A stretch of DNA of 64,000 nt. Origin: Lytechinus pictus. Lineage: Eukaryota. Location: contig NC_087252.1 of NCBI RefSeq assembly GCF_037042905.1, forward strand, positions 7,380,001 through 7,444,000, written 5' to 3'. Shown piece after piece: positions 14,273 to 50,361 of this stretch; position 1 is the stretch's first letter, and each line of letters begins with the position of its first letter. The notes under the pieces are model-generated. The model worked only from the letters and a program-made list of their open reading frames with translations, was not told the origin of the DNA and searched no databases. Position numbers and translations under genes: made by a program.

Positions 14273-14756
14273 GATCGCACACACGCACGGGTAACTTCCC
14301 CACGGCTTACACGCAAACGAAGCGACTCCCCTCACCACTTTTCGCGGAAGGGAGAACACATTTCGGTCCAAATCCCATTAAAGAGCACCAATATTGGTGG
14401 TGTTTTTGTCGTTCAAACAGGGAGGTTTGATAACCAGATTACGGCAGATGACAAGTAATGATGATATGAGTCCAAACCGATCAATGCCATTACTTTAGAC
14501 GACATTTATTTGAAATTTATAAGCAAAATAAATTTCTGTGTCCCAGAAAATTGAACTGTCAATTGCGGTTTTAACCATTACTTAGTGCATGCATGCGCAG
14601 CAGCGATCGAGCTAGCTGTCACCGTACCCCGCCGGCGCGCCTGGCCCGTGCGCGCCCGATTGTATGCTACTGTAACTGTGTAGCCGCTAGCGGCTCAAGC
14701 GAAATCCACAGTTTACTTCCGGTATTAAGGGTAAAGGCACAACGTCATCGGGTAAA
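14273..14756. promoter_or_regulatory. Bidirectional promoter and 5' UTRs shared by Cbl and TBC1D23
   Basis: Divergent ATGs at 14272 (-) and 14757 (+). Locally CpG-rich. GCATGCGCA (NRF1-like, ~14591-14599), ACTTCCGGT (ETS, 14715-14723), AAAATGGCAGCC (YY1-like, over the TBC1D23 ATG). Confidence 0.75.
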
Positions 14757-37693
<22,937 letters not shown>

Positions 37694-39322
37694 TATTGGC
37701 TTCGAGAGACTCTGTGAAGAGAACGAAAAGACAACTATTGCAGGAGTTATGTGCGACGGTTCATCCAGCCTCCCAGGGATCGATGCAAGCAACGTGGAGA
37801 AGCCATGCAACTTCTTACCAATAAACAAACATCAGTAAAGATATATATATTATTCACTAATCCTAGAGTAAAAATGAATTAATGTAAGTATATCCAATAC
37901 GTTGTATAAAAAATGAATTTATATGTTGTCAATCTGTTTGAAAAACAGTGTAGGTTTCAGTAGCCTCGGCCGTCTGTGATGTAGATTATACAGGTCTATG
38001 TAATTTTTGCCTCTCCTTAAGACTCCTAAAATCCTATTGATGGGTGGATGAAGGATGTAGAATGGGCAAGCTTCCCGCCCAGGGGCCCATTCCATCAAGA
38101 ACTTGATTTTATAACAACTTTGTTACCATGGTAACTACCATGCTAACAGGGCTCAGTAACCAATCAAAGCCAATGTTTTAATGAGAGGTACAATAATCAA
38201 AATTATCGTCTATATAGAGCGTCTTAGCCATACATTAAAAACGCGTATTTTGGTCTGCATCAATTGCCTGTGCAGTATTAGAGCGTATCCCTAAAATGAT
38301 CGAAATCCGACGAATATCCCATAGACTCCTGTACAAAAGTTACTGTTGAGTATGAGTCCATATTCAAGAGTCTTGCGCGAATGCGTGAAATATACAACGC
38401 GTACAACAATGAAAGCAATGCGATGCGCAGCATAGATCACAATTATGCTCAATGACGTCATAATGAACTACATGTAAGTTGCATGTCAATGACCAAAATC
38501 GATCCTGAAGTGATGATACCATAATGTGATAAGTGATATGACTTGTTAAAATCAAATTTCTCCCTCTTTTTTTTGGGGGGGGTGTATAGATGATAATAAT
38601 TATATTGGATGGCTTTACCAGGAATATTCCACTCATTAGGGCCAATTTCTGGTACTAGTATTCCATTCTGAGTCATCCAATATGATATAAGTCTTCAAAA
38701 ATGGGAGTCAGATTTGCAAGACATAGAAAAATAAACATCTTCAATTCACTCCTAATACATGCATCCCCAATGTTGGTTATGATAAGATGCTTGTTGTTTG
38801 AAACTGTGTTCTGAGACATACAAGATAGCTTGAGCTGCAAGTAAGAATGGAATGATTTAACCGAATGATAAATGCCATCCGCAGGGAAGAACAAGGATTA
38901 ATCAGAAAAGCTGCATGAGAGATCCCAAGAAAAACTATTCTAGTGTTAGAATAAGGTTTGCGATCACTTTAAAAGAGAAAGACCTTCAATTCATGCATGG
39001 TGTTTAGAACACATGGTCAACATATTTGTGGTAGTGATAATCCAGGCTTTTCCTTATCAGAAATAAGAAAACATCCTTTCTGTGTATATTTTTTTTAACC
39101 TTGTGGTCCATTCTATGTGGCACCTCTCTTGACTTACTGACCCGTACACTTGACAACACTATAGCCTTTCCTGTAATGTAGTATTGCAAAGGGCCATAAC
39201 TTATGCTTTCAACTTGGGCCAAAACATTCCTTTATTTGTATGCGATTTACAAATCTTATCACCTTTTAGTGATTCTGTCATTTCTTATTTGCACGCAACA
39301 CTGGAGCTCAAACGGCCTTTAA

Positions 39323-39912
39323 AGGGGAATCCAGCCTTGGCCATAACATGTGTTGGGAAGGAGAAAAATAAATTGAACAGAATGGTGAAAGTTTGAAAGA
39401 AATCGGACAAGCAATAAGAAAGTTATAGCTGCTTTAACATTGAGATCACTAATACTATGTAGATTTCAAATTGGCAACTGGGTAAGTAAATTATGACAAG
39501 GGGCAAGGACAACTTTCCCATAGGCCATGTACTTTATTATCAGGGATTTGTGGTTTTATCCTAAGTACCCATTCCCCTGGGGCAGTAATCTAAATATATC
39601 CCAGGTAGTATATTGTTTTATGTCCTCATGAAAGAAAATTATAATTTGAAATAAACTTTGGGGAAAAATGAAATTTTAGCCATAATATGTATTGGAGTAC
39701 ATGAAAGAGTAGTCCTTGCCTTACATCACTATGACATCCCATATGCGGCCAATTTGAAGTGTCCATGGGTATAGTGATTACCAATATTTACAACTTTTGA
39801 AAATTCATAACTTTCTTGTTGTTTGTCCAATATTGTTCAAACTTTAACCTATCATCTTGTCTGATTCTTTTTTCCTTATAAAAACACGTTTTCTTTTGGG
39901 TTGGATTCCCCT
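39323..39912. mobile_element. TTAA-flanked MITE (AGGGGAATCCA)
   Basis: TTAA|AGGGGAATCCAGCC...GGTTGGATTCCCCT|TTAA. Confidence 0.8.
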
Positions 39913-40693
39913 TTAATTAATTTGCATCCAAACGTATGTTAATGATGGATAATCTGGAATAATGTTCAATTTGTAAATAATGATCTTGTTTCCTTTGTTT
40001 AATCAAAGTGACATTATACATATGTTGATACAGAAAGAGTTTGATTCAAAGAATATATTGAGTTATATATTCGCAGAATATATACATTCTATGAAGATTA
40101 TTATTTATTTGAAACTTTAGGCAGTGTATGACACATGTGCATCAATGATCGTAGTGTGTCATTTATTGTACATTGATATATTGATTCAAGACTATAAATT
40201 ATATTAGAATAGAAGTAGTTCAGTGTTCCGAAATCAAAACTTTAGAATCAGTCGTTCAATGACAGTGACCAATCAAATACATTGTTTCATTCACGTTTTG
40301 TTTTAAAACACTGACCAGGAACCAATCACATTGGTGCTTTTGATATTTGCAATCAATCACAAGCGTTTGAGTGGATAGGGCCCAAGGCTTTGTAATGCAA
40401 ATTTTTGGGATGGATCGCATATTGTATGAAAGAACCATTCTGGGGCCCGTTGCATAAAACTTTTTACCTGAGAAAAATCAGGTTGTTTTTACCGGAGTTT
40501 TTGCCATGTGTTAAAGTCAATGGCAGAAATCAGACTAACCTTAGTTTTCAGTTTTTACCAGAGTTTTCTCAGGTAAAAAGTTTTATACAACAGGCCCCCG
40601 ATTGGTTCCTGGTCAATGTATTGAAGAAAAGGCACATGCCACAATGATCCTGATTTGCCATTGCAATTTAGCGATTGATAGTACACTTTTGTA

Positions 40694-41099
40694 GGTAAAT
40701 TACCAATTCCTCTACTGCCAACACGTCCACTCATTACATGGTCTACCTTCATTTAGTCTAATTACATCCCATCCATCAACCTTTCGTCTAACAACCATTT
40801 TATCCAATCATCACTTCGTCGAATCACTAGTTTGACTATGACCATTTTGTCTCATAACCAGTTGGTCTAATAATCCATTTTATTTTCATTCATTTCGCCC
40901 AATTAAACTTTTGGTCCATTTAGACCAAATGGTGTATGGACTAAATGGCTATTGGACCAACTGGTTATTAGATGAAATGGTGAGTGGACGAAAATGGCAA
41001 TTACACCATGTGGATAGTGGGGAAACTGATGGTAGACCAAATGGTACTATACGAGTTGGTAATTGGACGAATTGGCATTAGACCAATTGAAAATAAACC
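40694..41099. repeat. Dispersed GACCAA/TTGGTC-rich repeat; other copies at ~870-1270, 31140-31650, 31790-32105, 46097-46814
   Basis: The copies at 31247-31650, 40694-41099 and 46097-46814 are clearly alignable; the left half is TTGGTC-rich and the right half GACCAA-rich. Confidence 0.75.
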
Positions 41100-41446
41100 C
41101 TTTTGTGTACTGGAGCCAAGTTTTCTCACGAAGCATTGCAAAAAATGTATGCTATCGAGACTGGCAACCCAGGCATGAGTTCTTTCTTTTATATAAAGAG
41201 TTGCAATACTGTGCATTCAATTCAAATGGTGTAGTTTAAAAATAGGAATTTCAGATCAATTTCACTTTTGAGTTTGATTTTAAATCTATTGAAACTTTTT
41301 GTGAGACAGGGCCATAAGTTTTAGTTCAGTTAAAAGCTACTGAAATCATTCAACTTGATTGGCTGATAGTAAAAATGTTATAGAAATTGTGCATTTGTGA
41401 AACAAGGGGCCCAGGTGGATGTTTCATAAAGATGTTTGTAAGTTAA

Positions 41447-42230
41447 AGGAGAATGAAACCCTTGAAACCAGCTGAATCCATATCAAAGAGAAAAATCAAA
41501 GAAACATATTGTTGAAAGTTTGAGGAAGATTGAATGAATAATAAGAAAGTTATGAGCATTTGAATATTGAGATCACTAATGCCATGTGTAGATCCTCCCA
41601 TTGGCAATGCAACCAAGATCTGTGATGTCACACACGTACAACTCCCTCATTACTTTAGTACTTATTTCACTTATATTCTCACTTTTATAGAGTCTATCAC
41701 AAGGTGAGGTGTTCTCTTTATGAGAGGACAAGTACAGAGGTTTCACAACATTATATCAATGATGAATCGTTTGTCATATGATTAGAATGAGCAAAAAGAG
41801 ATGTTTTGGGGTACATTTTCAGTGTCCAAAAGGGGAGAGTTGTCCAGTTTTGGACACTGAAAATATACCCCAAAACATCTCTTTTTGCTCATTCTAATCA
41901 TATGACAAACGATTCATCAATGATATAATGTTGTGAAACCTCTGTACTTGTCCTCTCATAAAGAGAACACCTCACCTTGTGATAGACTCTATAAAAGTGA
42001 GAATATAAGTGAAATAAGTACTAAAGTAATGAGGGAGTTGTACGTGTGTGACATCATAGATCTTGGTTGCATTGCCAATGGGAGGATCTACATGGCATTA
42101 GTGATCTCAATATTCAAATGCTCATAACTTTCTTATTATTCATTCAATCTTCCTCAAACTTTCAACAATATGTTTCTTTGATTTTTCTCTTTTATATGGA
42201 TTCAGCTGGTTTCAAGGGTTTCATTCTCCT
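41447..42230. mobile_element. Palindromic derivative of the AGGAGAATGAAAC MITE, nested in a Harbinger-like MITE (41414-42365)
   Basis: ~385-bp inverted arms with a ~16-nt spacer, TTAA TSD. Confidence 0.85.
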
Positions 42231-43490
42231 TTAAGAGTGACTGGTGAACCTTTCTTACGCGCTACATATTCACCAATGGTGAATATATCATGTATCACAA
42301 GAAAGGATCACCAGTCGTACTTAAAGTCGCTCTTAACTTACGAACAGCTTTATGAAACACTCCCCTTGTCTACTGCTTAATCAATGCTTGCCTGGCATTT
42401 CATCAACAAGCATCATTCATGTCATGGATGAGCAGAATATTTGTGGAACTATCATTTTGAAAGTATAAGAAAAAACATGACAGCTTTTCTTTCCATCATA
42501 GTTGTAACAAAGTGTGTGAAATGGTATACTACTAGAATGTTAGATTGCCCAACATAGCACTACAAGATAATGACCAAACTCTCAAGTAGCCTCAGTGAGA
42601 AAGCATTCAAAGTAAAGGGCAATTGCTAAGTTTGACCTTTATTAGGCTAGGCTATTTTAGTAGATAATATGGTGATGAACAGAATTTCATCTTTGAAAAA
42701 TATTCAAATATGCTGACTCTTACAAAGACCTATACCCCCCCCCCCCCCCCCCCTGTAGCACTGCCCCTCTGAGACCCATGAAAGCCAAGTGTAATCTATA
42801 ACTTTTGTCTCAAAGCTAGAAGTTTATGATCTGCTTGCAAACTTTTCCAATTAAAAATAAAGTGATAAAGCGAATGGTTTTCATGGAGAAGCAAAACAGA
42901 TTTGTTTTTCTTCTGACTTACAAGCTCAGTCTGTGCACTCTCCATATTTTGCTTGCATTTATCTTCAGCAGCAAATATCTATAAATCCTCCCTGATCCAT
43001 GCCCAATTAATGTTGTTATCATATCTTGTTGGTTTTATGATCATGTTAATTGTGGTGCAGCTAAGGATATGATGTATTTGGGGGAGTTGGAACTCTCCCT
43101 TGTTCAATTATTTAGAACTACATGTATTTTTCACAGCTTTTCTTCTAGTCTAGGTTCTATCCGTTGGTGTGTATTTTATTTCTCCCCTTTCTTCATTCTC
43201 CTCTGTGCCCTTTCCCCATCGATCGGGATATCCCCTCTTACATGCATGTTGGTGTGGGGCGTGAAAGAGGGGATAGCGCGCAGGAGGAGAATAAGAAAAG
43301 GAGAGAAATAACATACACACCAATGATTAGAATCTAGACTTCTTTTCCTCAGGAGGATGCATTTAAAATCAGGATGGTTCAGATGCTATAGTCTTTTGAC
43401 CAATCAACTTGATATAAATACACACCCCATCCCTCCCCTTCTCTCGCTTTGTATGTCTCAATGTTACTCCCTCTATTGTCTCTCTATCCC

Positions 43491-43765
43491 CCGGTGTGTT
43501 GGCTCAGTTGGTAGAGCGTCTGTCTCACAACCGGGAGGTCGGGGGTTCAAACCCCGGCCGCGTCATCAGACCAAAAGACGTTAAAAGATGGGAGTTGCTG
43601 CTACCCTGTTTGGCGTTCAGCGATTAAAGGGATAGAGCCTCGTCGATCTGGCGCTGCACAGCGGCTGCCGGCCCACGATCAATTTGGGCAAAGCAAATTT
43701 TTCTGAGTATTTCATTTCATGGCTATTTCGAACAATAAAATATGGATTTTCATCATTTCATTTTC
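43491..43765 (+). mobile_element. tRNA-derived SINE (MetaSINE-like core)
   Basis: A box TGGCTCAGTTGG, B box GGTTCAAACCC, then ACCAAAAGACGTTAAAAGATGGGAGTTGCTGCTACCCTGTTTGGCG, AATAAA and a (TTTCA)n-like tail. Confidence 0.75.
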
Positions 43766-45400
43766 ACCCTCTCCCCCTTCTCTCCGCTCTTCCATACACA
43801 AACACACTGGAAAGCCAGCAACATCAACATCTAAAATACATGTTTGGTCAAAATATTTTCTAGAAATTATGTATCTTCATACATTCACTGTATTCTTGAC
43901 AATTTAGTATGCTTTTCTTTGTTTTCAAAGGACATTGAGCAAAGTTCCTAAAGAAAAATTATGACTTTGATGGATATCCATATACTTGAGATTGATAGGA
44001 TCACTTGTAACTCTTTTGTAAGACGGGGCCAAGTTGTGTGGGCCACCGCTCACCTTATGACTGGTCTACGATCCGATTTTGGAACAAATCGCATTTTGCT
44101 CCTTTTCTGAAAATGTGAATTAAAAGTATCTTTTTATTTGAGGTTCAAATTAACCGAAAGAATACTAATATACCAATATTTGGATGAATGCAAACCCGTA
44201 TTTTGGAGTAAAGGCCAAATTAGTTTCAAATCGTACGATGAAAGCATAGTCACAGATTTGAACAAAGGTATTCATACGATGGTTCACAACATTACACAGT
44301 AAGATATTCCATGTCTCTATATTCGCATCATATTTAATTTTTTATTCAAAAATCGGGTTGCAGACCAATCATTAAGGTTTGTGATGGCCTTTATGAACAG
44401 CTTTATGAAATGGTCTGCCTCTTTCTCTGTTTTTCTCTCTCCTTAGACACAACTACTGCCAAATGTTCCGTCCTACAATGAAACAAAAAAAATTAAGTTC
44501 CTATGTAAAAATATTTTCTACTCCCTTTTCTTTATTCATTTCAATTTCTTTTTATACAGTATAATTTTTTTCAAATGTAATTGAATTTCTTTTGTCTTTA
44601 ACCAATCGGCCTTATTTACTAAACGGCATCATACGTTGCTATCTATAGTGCATTAATTAGAATCAAAGCAAACTCATTTGCGATTATTTATTTGAAATTA
44701 TTTTTGCTATTGGCTAGAAGTAAAATTGTATATATTGTAAATTTGAAAGAAATGGACTGCATGGAAAATGATTTACAATGTTCATGTATGTACGAACTAT
44801 GGGTATTAATTGGTTCATTTAATACACTTTTCAGAGAGATGTTGTTGAAGAAACATTCATATTCATTTATTTACTTTTGTCATCATTTAAAAAAAAAGAA
44901 CAGTCCCAAGTCTGTTTCAACAGACATTTATTTTTGAGGTAAAATTTGTTAAAATGTTGACTAAAATTATATGAGATTTTTTTCCAGGATCTTCCTGGTT
45001 CCAGTAGGCAATTGTTTTAGTTTATATTTTATATTGTGGCTCTGAAAACAATGTGAAAGTATTTAAAACAGTAAAACACCATGGTATAATCGAGTGAGGC
45101 TGTTAAAAAGTCTGAAATTTGGTGGGATAATAAACATTGGACAGTCATTTTGATCATTTTTTTTGGGGGGTGGGCATCTTAGACACTTCTTGAAAATGGT
45201 GATGACATGTAATGAATTTTAAAATGCTCAAATTGAAGAAACGTGTTGTTCTAGTTTCTGATCTATAAATGAAATAAATGTCGATGCATTAAACTGAAAC
45301 AGAAATTGTAATTATTTATTTTAATTACAGATTATTGATATCATACTTAAATGTTTACTTAAGGTAGAAGTAAAGTGATGAATCCAGGAGCAAAATATTA

Positions 45401-45998
45401 AGGACAAGTCCACCCCAACAAAAATTTGATTAGAATAAAAAAAGAAAATCCAACAAGCATAACACTGAAAATGTCATCAAAATCGGTTGTAAAATAAGAA
45501 AGTTATGACATTTTAATGTTTTGCTTAATTTCACAAACAGTTATATATGCACATCCTTGTCAGTAATGCAAATGAGGAGACTGATGATGTCATCCACTCA
45601 CTATTTTGTATTTTATTACCTGAAAAAGGAAAATATTCAAATTTTCTCCTTATTGTGAAGTGAAACAACGATTAATTGCTCCCTGAACCTGTGGAATTAG
45701 CATTTTTTAATACTATGTGGTTGAGTCAAGTTGGTCCTTATTTTCAAATATGTTAAATATTAAATATTGTATAATTCAAACAATAAAATACGAAAGAAAT
45801 AGTGAGTTGAAGACATCATTGACTGTCTCATTTGCATGTCACTGCATTGGGCATATTGTTTGATGAAAAATAAGCGAAAATTTAAATTGTCATAACTTTC
45901 TTATTTTACATCCGATTTTGATGAAATTTTCAGCGTTATGCTAGTTTGATTTTTCTCTATTTATTTAAATCAACATTTTTCTGGAGTGGACTTGACCT
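45401..45998. mobile_element. TTAA-type MITE, family AGG(A/T)CAAGTCCACCCC, copy 3
   Basis: Same TIR and interior as 3677-4258, TSD eroded. Confidence 0.8.
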
Positions 45999-46267
45999 TT
46001 ATATAGAGGAGTAGGTGATGATGAGAATTTTCTTAGATTTGATTATATAATATCATGTAAATTAAATTGCAGATTATCAAAATTATAGGGTAGGAATGGT
46101 AAATTGCCAATTCGTCCACTTCCAACTCGTCCACTCACCACATGGTCTACCTTCATTTAGTCTTAATACCTTTCTGTCCAACATTTCGTCTAACAACCAT
46201 TTAGTCCAATCATCACTTCGTCTAATCACCAGTTCATCTATGACCATATCGTCTTATAACCAGTTGG

Positions 46268-46580
46268 GCGGAAATCCCAGGGGGGACGTGTCCCCTCTAC
46301 TCAAAATAGTAGGGGGTACACAATATCAAACGTCCCCCTACTATTTTTGGTCTTTTATGATGGTAAGAAATACATCATTCAAAATAAAACATGTATATTA
46401 GGACGAGATGACCTTAATTTGGGGATGATAACCTTTTTTTTTTTTTTTTGGCTTGTCCAATTTATTTTCTTCGAAATGACATTAAAATTTGGGGTGATAA
46501 CCCTTTTTTTTTTTTTTTTGACTTGTCATATTTTCCAGCCCCTTGTCCCCCCTACCTTTTGGGAAATATTTCCGCCCCTG
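46268..46580. mobile_element. hAT-like MITE nested in the GACCAA-rich dispersed repeat (46097-46814)
   Basis: GGCGGAAAT...ATTTCCGCCCCTG interrupts the host repeat at CCAGTTGG|TCT. Confidence 0.6.
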
Positions 46581-47877
46581 GTTGGTCTAATGTTCGTTCT
46601 ATTTTCATTTATTTGCCCAATTAACACTTAGTCTAATTAGACCAAATGGTATATGGACTAAATGGCTATTGGACCAATTGGTTATTAGACGAAATGGTGA
46701 GTGGGCGAAATGGCAATTAGACCATGTAGATATTGGACAAACTGATGGTAGACCAAATGATAGTAGACGAGTTGGTGATTGGGGGAATTTGCATTGGACC
46801 AAATGAAATAAACCAATTAAAGATGAGCTTGTCGACCTTTTCAACAGAGTCCCACCTTGATCCCCGGCCCCTCTGTTTTATAATTTATAATGCAAAAAGT
46901 TCCAAGATGCGATTCTTGAGTGTCCCAACCTGGGGAGGGCTGGGGGCATGCACCCCTGCCCTCCCATCACCATTTTTTTTCTTTAAATTTTGTACAGTAG
47001 TCCATGGAGAGGGTTGTCTGACCCCCCCCCCCCCCCCATACCTGTATTCTTCTCTGTTATTAGTCACACAAATACGAAAGACTGGAATTTAGTCAAAGCA
47101 TATACACACTTCATTGGTTTTTCTGTGAATTTATTGACAATTCAAAACATTACAATCATATATCAATACATATACCCTCACTTGCCGTTTACATTGTCCC
47201 ATTTACAGGAATCCTTGATTTTTGGTACATTTTCCTCGTCGTTACGGCATTATGTTCCGAATCATTTAAATGTGGTCTTATAAAGGCAATACAAACTCAC
47301 TACATGTCATAAATTATGTAAATGGGACAATATATATACTGTATATGTGACAATAAAAGGGGGTAGTTGAGATATCAACGAACAAACAGAATATATATTT
47401 AAAAAGAAATGCCCGACAAATTTGACGTGATAAAATGTAGACATATATTTTATTATTTTACTGATGATAAGATATAAACAATTCATGATAGAGATGCGGG
47501 AGACGCCAACTTCAATGATACCCTCTCACCATTAATTAGTGAAAACAATTCAGAAACGATCGACGGTAAGCCATTCAAAATAAATGGGGAAATTTCTGCA
47601 ATTTTTAATTGAAATCTGATATCTTGACAGATTTGTTGACATAGGGAAGTGCCTCTTCTCTTCGTAAATTCTTCACAAAACAATAATCCTCAAAATATCA
47701 GGTCTGTTCGTCAAAACTGATCAGATCGCGATGCGCGGTCGCATTGATTTGTGAGATATCCTATTCATGAATTCTTACAGTTGTTCGTTTTCATATCAGA
47801 TATGTTTAAAAAAAATAGGCTCGTGCTTCGCGTTCGCATTAAATAGTCTACGCATCATGTTTGTGATTACAAAAAGT

Positions 47878-48946
47878 ACCCGTCCTGACTCAGTCCGTAC
47901 TAGCAGGGAGAAGCTCTGGATGAGACGACTTCGCACCACCCAACCTCATGGCCTGAACATCCAAGAGGGGAACGACTGATTTTTCTTTCCTATCCACTTT
48001 CAATTTATATATACATATAATTTTTCCCCTCAGCTCTTTTGAATAGTTACATTATAGTTTCTTACTCTACTCTCCTCCCATATCTCATACAAGCTCAGCT
48101 CCAATTTTTCCTTCCTTATTCAGGCGATATAATAATTATTATATATATATATATATATTTGTTTTTTCTCCACTCACCTCTTTTAGATTTACCACATTTG
48201 CTTATTTACATGTATACTATGGTTTCTTCATAATACACCCCCTCTCTTCTATATTTGCTTTTACCTTTTTAGGCAATTTGCTTCCTCTTTTTCACATATA
48301 CAGATTTTGTTTCTTTCCTACTATATAGTCTTATGTTTTTTTCCCGTCACACCTAGCGGATTACCATATCAGTTACACCATATGTGTATATATTTATATA
48401 TTTTTTCATATACATTTCTTTTTTGGATATATTTATATACATATCACTTATAGATACACATTTACACTTACCTTCTTCTCTTAGTTTGTTTAATGCTTTA
48501 TCATATATACTTATATGTCTTTTGCACATTATCAGTTGTTCCCCATTCTTTTTCTTCTTTTTTCCCCCCACTCTTATGCACCAGTTTATTAAGCCTTTCT
48601 TTGTAACCTGTTTGACCCACCTCTCACTAATTCTCTAGTTATTCATCCCTCTATCACTGTTTTGTTCCAGATCCTGTTTGATGTTGCCTGCCTCATTATC
48701 TTAATCCCTCTTGGCCTTACTTACCCTAACTTCCCTTTGTGTCTGCCTACTCCTTTTCTTTCATCCCCTTCACTAACCTGATTGGTCTTCTCTACTCACT
48801 AATGCCCCTTTTGTCTCCTTGTTTCTAGTGTTGCTGTAGCTTGTTTGTGGTCTATATTATGGTTGTTCCACTTTATATGTTTGTCATTTTGCCTCCGACG
48901 AAGATTCTGCTAGGATCGAAAGCTTAGGCCCCTTTTTGACTTTATA
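47878..48946 (+). mobile_element. 5'-truncated Penelope-like retroelement (GIY-YIG C-terminus, long 3' UTR, hammerhead motif), 12-bp TSD
   Basis: RPDSVRTSREKLWMRRLRTTQPHGLNIQEGND* matches the PLE endonuclease C-terminal pattern RE..W...L.T..P.GLN. ATTACAAAAAGT is duplicated at 47866-47877 and 48947-48958. Confidence 0.85.
48891..48929 (+). ncRNA. Minimal type I hammerhead ribozyme motif (PLE-associated; U4>C in this copy)
   Basis: GCCT-CCGACGAA-GATTC tgcta GGATC-GAAA-GC-TT-AGGC: stem I, core, stem II, palindromic stem III. Confidence 0.75.
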
Positions 48947-49494
48947 ATTACAAAAAGTGCTTAGATTGTCCCGTTTTCAGGTCTGAAAATAAGATTTTTT
49001 TCAGCTCGCGCTTTTCGCTCGCATTAGGCCTATGAGTTTAACATATCCTCTTCATGAATTCTTACAAAAAAATCTCCAAAATGTTCTTTTTATGTCTTTT
49101 CGCACTCGCTTCGCTGTTAGATACCGCATCTCAATCATGATTACAAAAAGTGCTTGAGCAGAGTCCGTTTTTTAGTTGTAATACATGAAAACTAAAAAAA
49201 AATCATCCGAGTCAGATACTGTACAGTCGTATTCTCATTCTTATTGAGTTGAAAGTGACATTGTTCGGCGAGCCCAGAGAAACAAACTTTATTGAATGTA
49301 ATGTTTTATCACCTGACTTCACTAAAAACATGGCAGAACTTGAACGCTTTAAGATAGATTCATTTCCTTGCGTGGGTCTTAATCAGAATGGTAATTTTCA
49401 GAGCACGGGTACCATGGATACAGCACTTTCTTCAATATAATTCTATAATTTTCCAATTTTGCTTGCGTCAAGTTCACTATAATTTATGTCTTGA

Positions 49495-49996
49495 AGGGAT
49501 GGTCCGGGCTGAAAGTATTTATAGCTTAATAAGTAGAGTAGAATTCTTAGAAAACAGTCATCATGAATATTCATTAGGTGGGCTGATGATGTCACATCTC
49601 CACTTTCCGTTTTCTTATGTAATTACATAAAATCATAATTTTTTCATTATTTTATACTTGTGTGAATTATATGTCTCCCTTATAATGAAATAAATTGCAG
49701 CATTAAATATATAATGCACTAAATCAGTTGTCAATTCAATTTTTCTAGTTCTTAAAGGAAAAAATTTGAATAAACCTAATTTCATATAATAAAAAACAAA
49801 AGAACAAGTGGGGATGTGACATCATCAGCACACCTAATGAATATTCATGACGACTGTTTTCACAAAATATTGCTAAACTTTAAAATTCAATAACTTTGTT
49901 ATCTGTTATCCGATTTGGATGAAATTTTCGGCATTTTGCTCAGTGAATTCTACTCTATTTATTAAGCTATAAATACTTTCAGCCCGGACCAACCCT
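49495..49996. mobile_element. TTAA-type MITE (AGGGATGGTCCGGGCTGAAA) flanked by a ~145-bp direct duplication
   Basis: ~50-bp TIR; 49349-49494 is repeated at 49997-50140. Confidence 0.85.
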
Positions 49997-50361
49997 TTAA
50001 GATAGATTCATTTCCTTGCGTGGGTCTTAATCAGAATGGTAATATTCAGAGCACGGGTACCATGGACACAGCACTTTCTTCAATATAATTCTATAATTTT
50101 CCAATTTTGCTTGCGTAAATTCCACTAATTTATGTCTTAAGGCAAGCTAGCCTGTTTTAACCATGTTGTATTTTCTGTACGTGCGCTCATGCAAATCTCC
50201 TGAATCTGACAAATTGATTTAATTTTGAAAGTCCTATCTCCAACGCAGCGAGTAATAACATATTTTCATGCTTGAGAATACACACACACTCGAAATGCCT
50301 TTTAGTCTCTTTAATAGGAAGAATAAACTGCTGTGGATGATTTAGCATGGAAATGTTCGCT

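Noticed and set aside
14273..14371. N-terminal extension of the Cbl ORF shown in the ORF track
   Set aside because: It starts at TTG; the first in-frame ATG in good context is at 14272
37820..37825. AATAAA as the TBC1D23 poly(A) signal
   Set aside because: Possible but not supportable; many such hexamers occur downstream and the 3' UTR end cannot be fixed from sequence alone
43491..43563. Apparent tRNA-Val(CAC) gene
   Set aside because: Acceptor and anticodon stems are imperfect, there is no oligo-T terminator, and a SINE body follows
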